Source of the DNA: an uncultured Sphingobacteriaceae bacterium
GTDB lineage: Bacteria; Bacteroidota; Bacteroidia; Sphingobacteriales; Sphingobacteriaceae
Direction: 5' to 3'
Assembly (NCBI GenBank): GCA_966250385.1
Contig: CBINHC010000007.1
Span: forward strand, 108,580 to 172,579
Length of the DNA stretch: 64,000 nt
The first letter of the stretch is position 1. The number at the start of each line of letters is the position of its first letter. The position numbers and the translations under genes are program-made. The notes beneath the pieces are model-generated. The model did no database searches. It saw only the letters and a list, made by a program, of their open reading frames with translations, and had not been told where the DNA came from. Below are positions 26,308 through 36,070 of the stretch, one piece after another.

Positions 26308-27402
26308 CTACTGCAGGTTTTTCTGCAGGAATGCTTCCAGTTCTGCGCCGCGCAGGTTTTTGGCGACAATTTTCCCGGACGGATCCACCATAAAGGATGC
26401 CGGAATCCCCTCGACCTTATACTGCATGGCCACCTTGCTGTCCCAGCGCTTCAGTTCCGACACGTGGTCCCAGGTCAGCTGATCCTGGTTGATAGCCCGT
26501 ATCCAGTCGTCCCGGTCGTCATCAAGCGACACCCCGAAGACAGTGAAGCCTTTGTCCTTGAACCTCCGGTACTGCGCAACCACATTGGGATTTTCTGACC
26601 GGCACGGTCCGCACCACGAGGCCCAGAAATCCAGCAGTACGTATTTTCCGCGCAGATCGGATAATTTCATTTCCTTCCCGGCGGGTGTCGGCAGGCTGAA
26701 ATCCGGGGCCACCTGCCCGACAGAAACAGGCTTGACACCCATCATTCTGGTCACAAACGACTGAACGGCCCGGTTATCGGGAAACTTCTCCTTAATATCC
26801 TCAGCATACCTGATCAGCTGCTCTTCATAACGGGCCGGGTCCACCGTACCGGCAGCATAGAACCCGGCCAGGGTTCCTTTGTTCTTCTCGGCGAACCGCA
26901 TGGCCTCGTCTCCGTAACCTTCCACGTTCTGCTGGAGCCGCGGGAGCATCTCATTATAGATCGCTTCCTTATTTTCCGGATCCTTGGCAACCCTGGCGCT
27001 GTATTCCTCCTGCAGCTGGCGGTAAACCGCGCTGTATTTGGAACTCACCGCGTTAAACTCCCGGATCCTGTCGGATTCTTCCGACCCTTTCACGGAGTAG
27101 GCATTCGTCTGATCCGCCAGGTCAGCTGAGACCTCAATGGCATCCCCGTTCGAGGCGACCACCAGGTAGTTCTTATCACCGGCTTCCAGGGTATAGAAAT
27201 TCGGTTCTTCCGCAGCACGCGTAAACCTGAACTCGTTGTTCTCATTCAGAAAAGCTGAATCCACGACCTGGTCGGTCTCATAAAGAAGTACCTTTTTGAC
27301 GCCGGCAGCGTTTTCCAGCTTACCGGAAATGGTGAACCGGTCGTTGTCCTTGCAGGATACAAGGGCCACCAGGGCGAGAGCAATAAACGAAAGTTTCTTC
27401 AC
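26308..27402 (-). CDS. TlpA-family thiol:disulfide oxidoreductase lipoprotein (N-terminal DUF4369-like + thioredoxin fold)
   Basis: Lipobox ALVSCKDN. CxxC motif FWASWCGPC. The GTG start overlaps the gatB stop (GTGA). Confidence 0.85.
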   Translation of the reverse strand: MKKLSFIALALVALVSCKDNDRFTISGKLENAAGVKKVLLYETDQVVDSAFLNENNEFRFTRAAEEPNFYTLEAGDKNYLVVASNGDAIEVSADLADQTNAYSVKGSEESDRIREFNAVSSKYSAVYRQLQEEYSARVAKDPENKEAIYNEMLPRLQQNVEGYGDEAMRFAEKNKGTLAGFYAAGTVDPARYEEQLIRYAEDIKEKFPDNRAVQSFVTRMMGVKPVSVGQVAPDFSLPTPAGKEMKLSDLRGKYVLLDFWASWCGPCRSENPNVVAQYRRFKDKGFTVFGVSLDDDRDDWIRAINQDQLTWDHVSELKRWDSKVAMQYKVEGIPASFMVDPSGKIVAKNLRGAELEAFLQKNLQ

Positions 27403-28862
27403 TGTATTTGTTTTAATTTTGTTTCAATTAAACGACTGGCGGTTTTCGGATCCGCCTTTCCTTTGGAGCGTTTCATGAACTCTCCCATAAATAATCCTAA
27501 AACGCCTTTTTTCCCATTTTTATATTCGCGGATCTTTTCAGGAAACATCTTCAGGACCTCGTCGGCCAGCCGGTCCATCTCATCTTCTCCGGCGCTGATG
27601 AGCACATTCAGCCGGGCGGCCAGGTCGGCAGCCGGAATCCCGGGGCTTTCGACCATGGCCGGGAATACATCTTTTGAGGCGACCGAGAAACTGATTTTTC
27701 CCTGGCCGATCAGTTCGATCAGCTCGGCGAGCCGTTGTGCGGGAACCGGAAATGTGGTTGCTCCCGTTTCATTCATCCGCGAACGGACCGGGCCGTTTAT
27801 CCAGTTAGCCGCAGCCTTGTAATTACCTGTACAGGCGATGACTTCCTCGAAATATCCTGCAGTCTCCTGATCGTCTCCGATGAGGGCGGCGTCGTATCCG
27901 GACAACCCGTACCGGGTCTGGAGCCGCTGCACCAGCTGCTCCGGTAATTCGGGAAGTTCCGCAGCGACCGACTCCACGTAGGCCTCCGTCAGCAGTACTG
28001 GCGGAAGGTCGGGTTCCGGAAAATAACGGTAATCATTGGCCATTTCCTTACTCCGCAATGGCGTGGTAAGCCCGGTTCCCGCATCAAAGTTCAGCGTATT
28101 CTGTTCGATGACCTCTCCTTTCAACGCCAGCTCACACTGCCGTTGAAACTCCACCTGGATCGCCCGCTGCAGGTTACGGATCGAATTGAGGTTCTTCACT
28201 TCGCAGCGGTTTCCATATCCGGACGCCCCCTTTTTCCGGATGGATATATTCGCATCACACCGGAGACTCCCTTCTTCCATGTTCCCATCCGAAATACCCA
28301 GAAACCGGACCAGTTTCCGGATGGAAGTCAGGCAGGCCCCCGCTTCTTCGGCCGACCGGATATCAGGCTCGGAGACGATTTCGATCAGCGGTACGCCGGC
28401 CCGGTTCAGGTCGATCAGCGTATGGCGGTCATCCTGGTCATGCAGGCTCTTACCGGCATCTTCCTCCAGATGGATCCGGTTGATGCGGATGACTGTGGAA
28501 TCACCGTCTCGGGTCTTCACCTGCAGGGTTCCGTCCTTGCAGATCGGCAGGGCATCCTGGGTGATCTGGTATCCCTTGGGCAGATCAGCATAGAAATAGT
28601 TCTTCCGGTCAAACCGGTTCTCCAGGTTGATGGCACAGCCCAGGGCCAGCCCCATCTTAACCGCAAAAGCAACCGCCTTCTCATTCAGAAAGGGCAGGCT
28701 TCCGGGCAGGCCCAGGGAAACCGGGCTCACATGCTCATTGGGGACGCTGGTGAAGGATGCCGGATCGGCAGAAAAAATTTTTGAGTCGGTAGATAACTGA
28801 ACATGTACTTCCAGACCCACTACCAGTTCGAACTGTTCCGTAACGTCTGAAAAAGATGCCAT
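27399..28862 (-). CDS. gatB: Asp-tRNA(Asn)/Glu-tRNA(Gln) amidotransferase subunit B
   Basis: 487 aa. N-terminal FELVVGLEVHVQLSTDSKIF and C-terminal GatB/YqeY domain. Confidence 0.95.
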   Translation of the reverse strand: MASFSDVTEQFELVVGLEVHVQLSTDSKIFSADPASFTSVPNEHVSPVSLGLPGSLPFLNEKAVAFAVKMGLALGCAINLENRFDRKNYFYADLPKGYQITQDALPICKDGTLQVKTRDGDSTVIRINRIHLEEDAGKSLHDQDDRHTLIDLNRAGVPLIEIVSEPDIRSAEEAGACLTSIRKLVRFLGISDGNMEEGSLRCDANISIRKKGASGYGNRCEVKNLNSIRNLQRAIQVEFQRQCELALKGEVIEQNTLNFDAGTGLTTPLRSKEMANDYRYFPEPDLPPVLLTEAYVESVAAELPELPEQLVQRLQTRYGLSGYDAALIGDDQETAGYFEEVIACTGNYKAAANWINGPVRSRMNETGATTFPVPAQRLAELIELIGQGKISFSVASKDVFPAMVESPGIPAADLAARLNVLISAGEDEMDRLADEVLKMFPEKIREYKNGKKGVLGLFMGEFMKRSKGKADPKTASRLIETKLKQIQ

Positions 28863-28918
28863 ATCTGATTAGAGTCGTAAATAAAACCAAATATACCCTT
28901 TTTCAGCCAGAAAGTCCA

Positions 28919-29587
28919 TCAGGGTTGCTCCCGATCGGTTCCGCCCTTGCCCAGATCTTTCCTGGGAACGGTCCTGAATATCACATCCCAGAGTGTCGAG
29001 CTGACCCCGAAACCGTGGTCCGGATACTTGTAGTGGTGCAGGTGGTGATTACGCCAGAGTGCTTTGAACCGCTTCGGCGGCGGGTACCTGTGGATCGCAT
29101 AATGCATGGAAACATAGATCAGGTAACCGATCAGAAACCCGGGAAAGAAAGCAAACGCGTAGCCCCCGCTGCCCGTAAAAAGGCGGAACAGCAGATACTG
29201 GAGCAAGAATACGACGATGGCGAAGAAAACGCTGGGTACGGGGGGCATGAACAGGCGCTCCTTATCCCGCGGGTATTCATGGTGGGTACCATGAAAAATG
29301 TAGACGATACGTTTCCCCAGTGCGCTTGTGGCCTCATAATGAAACAGGTACCGGTGGGCCATATATTCAAAAAGGGTCCAGCTGAACATCCCGGTGAAAA
29401 AGACTCCGGCGATCAGTCCGGGAGAATAATTCAAATAAGATGAGCTGTAGTATAGGAGATATGCCGAAAGCGGTATATAAATAGCGTAGATTACCCACGG
29501 CCGGGTCTTGCTCAAAGCTTCAAGAACGGGATTTTCAAAGATTTTTGCCTGACCCTGATTGTGTATCCTGTTCTCCATATTCGACAT
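28919..29587 (-). CDS. Fatty acid hydroxylase / sterol desaturase superfamily membrane protein
   Basis: Four hydrophobic segments and histidine boxes HRYLFH, HGTHHEYP, HYAIH and NHHLHHY. Confidence 0.8.
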   Translation of the reverse strand: MSNMENRIHNQGQAKIFENPVLEALSKTRPWVIYAIYIPLSAYLLYYSSSYLNYSPGLIAGVFFTGMFSWTLFEYMAHRYLFHYEATSALGKRIVYIFHGTHHEYPRDKERLFMPPVPSVFFAIVVFLLQYLLFRLFTGSGGYAFAFFPGFLIGYLIYVSMHYAIHRYPPPKRFKALWRNHHLHHYKYPDHGFGVSSTLWDVIFRTVPRKDLGKGGTDREQP

Positions 29588-29606
29588 AGATTAGTCCGGA
29601 CTTATG

Positions 29607-29654
29607 GAAAAACGGTTGAAAAATTCAAATTGTTTTTCTGAATTTTCCAACCGT
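29607..29654 (-). terminator. Rho-independent terminator after alaS
   Basis: ACGGTTGAAAAATTCA (29612-29627) pairs with TGAATTTTCCAACCGT (29639-29654) with one mismatch. On the minus strand the stem is followed by TTTTT (complement of 29607-29611). Confidence 0.78.
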
Positions 29655-29673
29655 CCGCAGCAAAATATAGTCG

Positions 29674-32298
29674 TTATCCGATATAGGTCTCGGCTTTCCG
29701 GAGAACCGCATCAAGGCCGCCCGCGTCCTTACCCCCTGCGGTGGCAAAGAACGGCTGACCGCCGCCCCCGCCCTGAATCTCGCGGGCCAGTTCCTTGACG
29801 ATGTTGCCGGCATGCAGTCCTTTATCCCGAACCAGGTCTTCAGAAACCATCACGGTAATATTCGGCTTGCCCTGGAAATCCGCAGCCAGAACCATAAACA
29901 GGTTGTCCGCGCCTTCCTTTAAGCCATAGGCCAGGTTCTTGACGGCCTCGGCATTGGGCAGGTTCACCTTCTCGATCAGTACCCGGACGCCGTTGACGGT
30001 CCGGATCTTCTTCACCAGGTCGGCTTTCAGATTACCGGCCTTTTCAAGGATGCTTTTCTCGACCTCCTTTTTCAGACGGGCATTCTCCTCCATGAGGCTT
30101 TCCACCGACCGGATCAGGTCCTGCGGATTTTTCAGCAGCTGCCTGAGCCCGCTGACCAGTTTGTTCTGTTCCGAGATATAGGCCTCCGCCCGTTCGCCGG
30201 TAATGGCCTCGATCCGGCGTACCCCTGCGGCCACCGCACTTTCAGAAACGATCCTGAAATAACCGATCTGCCCGGTGGCTGCGACATGGCATCCGCCGCA
30301 TAATTCTTTGGAGTAGGAATCGTCAAAGGTGATCACCCGGACGAAGTCGCCGTACTTCTCCCCGAAGAGCGCTGTCACGCCGGATTTAACGGCTTCCTGG
30401 TATGGCACATCGCGCTCCTCCTTTTTAACGATGTTCTGACGGATCTTCCGGTTGACGATCGATTCGATCTGTGAGATCTCCTCGTCTGTAACCTTGGCAA
30501 AGTGCGAAAAGTCAAACCGGAGATAGTCGGCATTCACCAGGGAACCCTTCTGGTTCACATGTTTGCCCAGAACCGTCTTAAGAGCCGCATGAAGCAAATG
30601 GGTCGCCGAGTGGTTGTTCTCGGTCAGCCGGCGTTTCTCTTCATCCACAACGGCATAAAACCCGCCCTGCGGATCTTCCGGCAGCACATCCGTAAAGTGA
30701 ACGATCAGGTTATTTTCCTTCCGGGTATCGGTGATCTCGACGCTGAACATCCGGCTGTGATCCTCCAGACGGCCGGTATCGCCAACCTGGCCCCCGGACT
30801 CGGCATAAAACGGCGTCCTGTCCAGTACGATCTGGTACTGTTCCCTGCCCCGGGCGGTGATTTTCCGGTATTTCAGGATGGATGCCGGGGTCTCCAGGGT
30901 TTCGTAGCCGACGAACTCGACTTCCTCACTGTCCTTCAGGACAACCCAGTCGCCCGTATCAACGGCAGTAGCCGCCCGGGAACGGTTCTTCTGCTCCTCG
31001 AGGGCCTTATGGAACCCGTCCATATCGACCTGGAGACCGTTTTCCCTTGCCATGAGCTCGGTCAGGTCGATGGGGAATCCGTAGGTATCATATAACTCGA
31101 ACGCGAAATCGCCGTGGACCCGGTCGTGGTCGGCAATAAACTTTTCAAAACGCTGCACCCCGGTGGCCAGCGTCCTCAGAAACGAAAGTTCCTCTTCCAG
31201 GACCACCTTCTGTACGAAGTCCTGCTGGGACTTCAGTTCGTGGAATACTCCGTCGAACTGTTCGGCCAGCACCGGTACCAGTTTATGAAGGAACGGCTCC
31301 TTGAAACCGAGGAACGTGTAGGCGTACCGGACGGCCCGGCGCAGGATCCTGCGAATCACATAGCCGGCCTTATTGTTGGATGGAAGCTGGCCGTCCGCGA
31401 TCGCAAAGGCAATGGCCCTGATATGATCCGCCATGACCCGCATCGCGATGTCGGTTTTTTCCATGCTTTCGCCGGAACGGTATGCGATGCCGCTTTCCTG
31501 GGAAATAAACCGGATCAGCGGCTGGAACACGTCCGTATCATAATTGGAAGTCTTTTTCTGCAGCACGCGAACCAGGCGTTCCAGACCCATCCCCGTATCC
31601 ACATGCGCCTTGGCGAGCTTCTCAAGGCTCCCGTTCTTCAGGCGGTTGAACTGGATAAATACGTTGTTCCAGATCTCGATGACCTGCGGATGATCGGCGT
31701 TGACCAGTGCCCTGCCGTCGGTCGCCTTCCGTTCTTCGGCAGGCCGGCAGTCCACATGGATCTCCGTACACGGGCCGCAGGGCCCGGTGTCACCCATTTC
31801 CCAGAAATTATCTTTCTTGTTGCCCAGCAGGATCCGGTCCTCGCTGATATGCTGTTTCCAGAAATCATACGCTTCCTGATCTTTCGGCAGACCATCCTTC
31901 TCATCTCCTTCAAAAACCGTCACGTAGAGCTGATCTTTCGGTATCCCGTATACTGAGGTCAGCAGCTCCCAGCTCCAGGCGATGGCTTCCTCCTTGAAGT
32001 AATCGCCGAAGCTCCAGTTGCCCAGCATCTCGAACATGGTGTGATGATAGGTATCGATCCCCACTTCTTCCAGATCGTTATGTTTTCCGGATACGCGTAA
32101 ACAGCGCTGGGTATCGGCCACACGGCTATGCCGGGCGGGCGCCTCACCAAGGAAAATATCTTTGAACTGGTTCATCCCTGCATTGGTGAACATCAGCGTC
32201 GGGTCATTCTTCACTACTATGGGGGCAGACGGAACTATCTGGTGCGATTTACTTGCAAAAAAGTCTAAAAAAGCCTTCCTTATTTCTTTAGTGGTCAT
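29674..32298 (-). CDS. alaS: Alanine--tRNA ligase
   Basis: 874 aa. FLDFFASKSHQIVPSAPI, TNAGMNQFKDIFLG, editing-domain HSATHLLH and C-terminal DHHA1-like GGGGGQPFFATAGG. Confidence 0.97.
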   Translation of the reverse strand: MTTKEIRKAFLDFFASKSHQIVPSAPIVVKNDPTLMFTNAGMNQFKDIFLGEAPARHSRVADTQRCLRVSGKHNDLEEVGIDTYHHTMFEMLGNWSFGDYFKEEAIAWSWELLTSVYGIPKDQLYVTVFEGDEKDGLPKDQEAYDFWKQHISEDRILLGNKKDNFWEMGDTGPCGPCTEIHVDCRPAEERKATDGRALVNADHPQVIEIWNNVFIQFNRLKNGSLEKLAKAHVDTGMGLERLVRVLQKKTSNYDTDVFQPLIRFISQESGIAYRSGESMEKTDIAMRVMADHIRAIAFAIADGQLPSNNKAGYVIRRILRRAVRYAYTFLGFKEPFLHKLVPVLAEQFDGVFHELKSQQDFVQKVVLEEELSFLRTLATGVQRFEKFIADHDRVHGDFAFELYDTYGFPIDLTELMARENGLQVDMDGFHKALEEQKNRSRAATAVDTGDWVVLKDSEEVEFVGYETLETPASILKYRKITARGREQYQIVLDRTPFYAESGGQVGDTGRLEDHSRMFSVEITDTRKENNLIVHFTDVLPEDPQGGFYAVVDEEKRRLTENNHSATHLLHAALKTVLGKHVNQKGSLVNADYLRFDFSHFAKVTDEEISQIESIVNRKIRQNIVKKEERDVPYQEAVKSGVTALFGEKYGDFVRVITFDDSYSKELCGGCHVAATGQIGYFRIVSESAVAAGVRRIEAITGERAEAYISEQNKLVSGLRQLLKNPQDLIRSVESLMEENARLKKEVEKSILEKAGNLKADLVKKIRTVNGVRVLIEKVNLPNAEAVKNLAYGLKEGADNLFMVLAADFQGKPNITVMVSEDLVRDKGLHAGNIVKELAREIQGGGGGQPFFATAGGKDAGGLDAVLRKAETYIG

Positions 32299-32433
32299 GT
32301 TGCAAAGTTAATTTTTTGTACTGAAGTTCAGGAAGGATTTGACAGCAAGTGATAGGGATTCCGGACACACCAAAAACACCGCATACGGGTGTCCCGGGCT
32401 ATGGCAGGCAAAAATTCTTTCTTACTTTTACGC

Positions 32434-32769
32434 ATGCCTTATAAAGAAAGAGATATTACCAAGCTTTACTATACGATGGGGGAAGTGACGGAAATGTTTG
32501 ACGTAAACGCTTCTCAGATCCGCTTCTATGAACGGGAGTTCGATATCCTGCAGCCCAAGAAGAACAAGAAAGGCAACCGGCTGTTCACCCCGGAGGACGT
32601 TGAGAACCTGAAGATCATCTTCAACCTGGTCAAAGACCGGGGCTTCACGCTGCAGGGTGCCCGGGAATACCTGAAATCCAATAAAGACGAGGTGAAAGAA
32701 AACCAAAAGATCATTGATTCGTTAGAGCGGGTAAAACAGTTCCTTCTGGAGGTGAAGGAGCAATTGTAG
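32434..32769 (+). CDS. MerR family transcriptional regulator
   Basis: HTH YTMGEVTEMFDVNASQIRFYEREF followed by a coiled-coil tail. The ATG at 32434 is chosen over the upstream GTG 32389 and ATG 32401. The start is uncertain. Confidence 0.78.
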   Translation: MPYKERDITKLYYTMGEVTEMFDVNASQIRFYEREFDILQPKKNKKGNRLFTPEDVENLKIIFNLVKDRGFTLQGAREYLKSNKDEVKENQKIIDSLERVKQFLLEVKEQL

Positions 32770-32781
32770 AACCCCGGCCGA

Positions 32782-33657
32782 ATGAAAGTTCTCTTCGTTG
32801 TAAATCCAAAGTCAGGCAGAAAAGAAGAGACAGACTTTGAGAATCAGCTTGCAGAACAAGCCGGCATATCCGGATTCGAATACGAATCATACCAGATGCG
32901 GGGCGGAGACGATGTCACCAGCATCCGAAGCCTGATCCGCTCCTATCAGCCGGATGTGGTCGGTGCTGCCGGCGGGGACGGAACGGTCAACCTGCTGGCC
33001 TCGCTGCTCCACGGAACCGATACCGCCCTGCTGATCATCCCCAAAGGGTCGGCGAACGGAATGGCCAGGGAGCTTGGCATCCGCAGCATTCAGGCGGCAT
33101 TACAGTTATTTGAGACCGGCCTAAGAAGGCGGATCGATCTGTTGCGGCTCAACGGTCACATCTGTATCCATCTGGCTGATGTGGGACCCAACGCCAGGAT
33201 CGTCAAGAAGTTCGAGCAGGACGCCAAAAGAGGAATCGCCACCTATGCCAAGTTCTTTTTCCAGGAGATGTTCCTCCATAAGCACTACCGGTTCGCCATC
33301 CGGTGCGACGACGAAATGCTTCACATCAAAGCTTTTTCCCTGACCTTCGCCAACGCCTCCCGGTATGGCACGGGCGCGGTCATCAACCCGATCGGCCGGA
33401 TCGACGATGCGGTGTTCGAGCTGGTGATTATCCGCCCCTTCCCGCGAATCAAGCTGCCATCCATCATCCTGAAGCTCTTTCTCAATAAACTGCAGACCTC
33501 CGAATATGTCCGGGTTATCCAGTGCAAGTCCGCTACGGTAACCTGCAGCCGACGGACGACCCTGCAGGTGGACGGGGAAGTGATCGGAAAAGTAAATTCC
33601 ATTGAAGTCGAAATGCTGAGCAGGTCGCTGACGGTTCTGGTGCCCCCCGCTACATGA
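32782..33657 (+). CDS. Diacylglycerol kinase family lipid kinase (YegS/BmrU-like)
   Basis: AAGGDGTVN (GGDGT) motif and the 291-aa two-domain layout of DAGK_cat proteins. Confidence 0.85.
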   Translation: MKVLFVVNPKSGRKEETDFENQLAEQAGISGFEYESYQMRGGDDVTSIRSLIRSYQPDVVGAAGGDGTVNLLASLLHGTDTALLIIPKGSANGMARELGIRSIQAALQLFETGLRRRIDLLRLNGHICIHLADVGPNARIVKKFEQDAKRGIATYAKFFFQEMFLHKHYRFAIRCDDEMLHIKAFSLTFANASRYGTGAVINPIGRIDDAVFELVIIRPFPRIKLPSIILKLFLNKLQTSEYVRVIQCKSATVTCSRRTTLQVDGEVIGKVNSIEVEMLSRSLTVLVPPAT

Positions 33658-34711
33658 TCTGTTTCTGATACATCAGTTTACCCCCGGGATGCTTCCGGTC
33701 CGTTACCCAGCTTTCCAGGTGGACCGCCCCGTCCGCCTCGAACCGCAGTTTGAAAAAACCTTTCGCCATCAGGCCGAACCGGAGATTCTTCCCCTCCTCG
33801 ATCACATACTTCAATTTGGAACCGGCACCGCTGATTATAAAGTGCGATCCGCCCCTGGTAATGTACTGGAGATTATGTTCATGCCCGGCCGCATAGATGA
33901 CACCCGGGTATTTCCGGAACAATTCCTTCAGCCGGTGCCTCAGCCGGCGATAGCGCGGATGGGCGACATCCTCGCGCGCACCGAAGATCTTCCGGTACAT
34001 CGGAAGCAGGGATCCGATCACCGGAACCGGCACATACGCCCGGCGGTGATACAGGGTAAACGGAAAGATATGATGCTTCAGCTTGAAACGGCCGCCGTGA
34101 ATGGCATAGCTGTACACCGGCGCGTGGCCCGCGATCAGGATCCGTTTATCCGGGTTATTTTTTAGTATATCTTCCAGCTTGGCAAAAAAGTCGGATTCAG
34201 AAACGGCGGAGCACCCGTAGGCCGCACCGATCGGACGCACTCCGGGCTGCATCCACCACTGCGTGTTGATCAGGACCACCAGGAGATCCTCGCGGACCCG
34301 CACCACTTCGGGGCCGGGACACCCGCCGCCCGGTAACAGGATCTTTTTCCTGCGGAACAGGTCCTCCAGGTATTTCTCCTGCCTCAGGACGTACTCGAGG
34401 CCGTTCCGGCGGCCCTTGTTCCAGTCATGGTTCCCGGAGATAAAAATGACCCTCCCGCCGTATCCGTCGAGCACCTCGTGATGTTGTTTCAGGATCCCTT
34501 CAGCTTGTTTCCGGAGGATATTACCTTTGGGGGGCAGCCCTCGGGGATATGCGTTATCCCCCAGGAATATAACGGCCGAGTCGGGACTCCGGACAAAATG
34601 AGTCCGCATCATGCAGAGGACCGGGTCCGGCCGGGTGTCAGAAATGGCTCCGGTGTCCCCGATCAGGAAGATTTCAAAAAAATTTCTCGCGTTTTGGTCT
34701 GTATCCGGCAT
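33650..34711 (-). CDS. Calcineurin-like metallophosphoesterase
   Basis: Motifs IGDTG, LGDNAYP, GNHDW and GHEHN in canonical order. Its 3' end overlaps the convergent lipid kinase gene by 8 nt. Confidence 0.8.
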   Translation of the reverse strand: MPDTDQNARNFFEIFLIGDTGAISDTRPDPVLCMMRTHFVRSPDSAVIFLGDNAYPRGLPPKGNILRKQAEGILKQHHEVLDGYGGRVIFISGNHDWNKGRRNGLEYVLRQEKYLEDLFRRKKILLPGGGCPGPEVVRVREDLLVVLINTQWWMQPGVRPIGAAYGCSAVSESDFFAKLEDILKNNPDKRILIAGHAPVYSYAIHGGRFKLKHHIFPFTLYHRRAYVPVPVIGSLLPMYRKIFGAREDVAHPRYRRLRHRLKELFRKYPGVIYAAGHEHNLQYITRGGSHFIISGAGSKLKYVIEEGKNLRFGLMAKGFFKLRFEADGAVHLESWVTDRKHPGGKLMYQKQIM

Positions 34712-34762
34712 TCACTGGCAGTTGTTAACTCAAAACAACAAGTCATGAGACTTGTTGGCGGT

Positions 34763-35539
34763 TTACCAGTTAACCGGCTCCTTTTTCAGAAAAGCGGAGA
34801 TGCCTTTCCGGCAGTCGGCAGTTCCCCGGGCTTCGGCATTGGCCTTTACGGCAGCCGACAAACCATCTTCCAGCGACAGGTCATACACCTGCTGCAGCAG
34901 GCTCTTGGTCCGCGCAGCAGACTCTCCGGAGGTCGCATTGCAGATATTTTCCGCGTATGAGCGGACCCTCTCAGCGATCTCCCCGGCAGGTACAACGAAA
35001 TTGATCAGCCCGTAGGCTGCAGCGGTTTCTGCAGTAATCAGCTCGCCGCTCAGCAGCAGTTCCTTGGTGCGCGCCTCGCCGAGCTTCCGGACCAGGTAAA
35101 CGGCTACCAGGGCGGGAATGAAACCAATCTTCACCTCCGTATAGCCGAACCGCGCTTCAGGCACCGAAAAAACCATATCGCATAAGGCGGCCAGGCCGCA
35201 TCCGCCGGCGATGGCATGGCCTTCGACCTGTGCAATAACCACTTTGGACGACTGGTAGATCGCCTGGAACAGATCCTTCAGACGGGCAGAATCGCGGAGA
35301 TTCTCTTCGTACGTATTCTGCTGGAGCGTCTGGAGATAGGCCAGGTCGGCGCCCGCGGAAAATACCTTTCCTGCAGCCTTGATGATAATGACCCGGATAT
35401 CCGGCCGCGATTCCGTTTCAGCCATAGCCGCCGTGAGGGCACTGATGAGCTCCGGCCCGAGAGCATTCCGTTTTTCGGGGCGATTCAGGGTGATGCTGGC
35501 AATTCGGCCGGCCATTTCGAAGAGAATAGGTTGTTCCAT
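34763..35539 (-). CDS. Enoyl-CoA hydratase/isomerase (crotonase) family protein
   Basis: ITLNRPEKRNAL, FSAGADL and GHAIAGGCGLA oxyanion-hole motifs. ATG at 35539 preferred over the TTG at 35566. Confidence 0.88.
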   Translation of the reverse strand: MEQPILFEMAGRIASITLNRPEKRNALGPELISALTAAMAETESRPDIRVIIIKAAGKVFSAGADLAYLQTLQQNTYEENLRDSARLKDLFQAIYQSSKVVIAQVEGHAIAGGCGLAALCDMVFSVPEARFGYTEVKIGFIPALVAVYLVRKLGEARTKELLLSGELITAETAAAYGLINFVVPAGEIAERVRSYAENICNATSGESAARTKSLLQQVYDLSLEDGLSAAVKANAEARGTADCRKGISAFLKKEPVNW

Positions 35540-35602
35540 CTGGTTCAGGTTACTGGTATCTTCCAAATGTACAAACTTATGCTTCTCCGGCAGCTTCCCG
35601 CA

Positions 35603-35980
35603 CTACCATGCGTAATAGCTGAAACTCCGCTGGAACCTCGAACCCTTCTTGGTGAACAGGCTGATCAGGATCAGCAATCCTCCCATCAGGAGGTGTGGCC
35701 GGTGCACCTCTTGGGAAAATCCCAGGATCCAGGGCGATGCGGCCAGGACGATCCCGATAAAAGCGTCGAGGGTCAGGTTCAGCGGCATCGGGATGATACT
35801 GAGAAACCCCGGTTCATAACGGGTGGTGAACGAGGTGATCAGCAGGATGGTCCCGGCGCCCAGAAATACCGCCTGGGCTGCTGCCGCGCCCTTGAAACCC
35901 ATGATCCAGGGCGTGATGATGAGGACGAAGGCAATGAGGTAATCGAGAAAACCGTGGATTTTCGTCGGTATGAAACGCAT
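35603..35980 (-). CDS. SPW-repeat membrane protein
   Basis: 125 aa. Four hydrophobic helices with two SPW-type motifs (ITPWIMGF, ASPWILGF). Confidence 0.62.
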   Translation of the reverse strand: MRFIPTKIHGFLDYLIAFVLIITPWIMGFKGAAAAQAVFLGAGTILLITSFTTRYEPGFLSIIPMPLNLTLDAFIGIVLAASPWILGFSQEVHRPHLLMGGLLILISLFTKKGSRFQRSFSYYAW

Positions 35981-36070
35981 AAAACTCCTTTGTTGCTTTT
36001 AACAAGTAACATCGGTTTGCAGGGAAGTGTTTGCGCAGGCTCCGGCGACCGTGTTCAGGGCCTCACGTTC

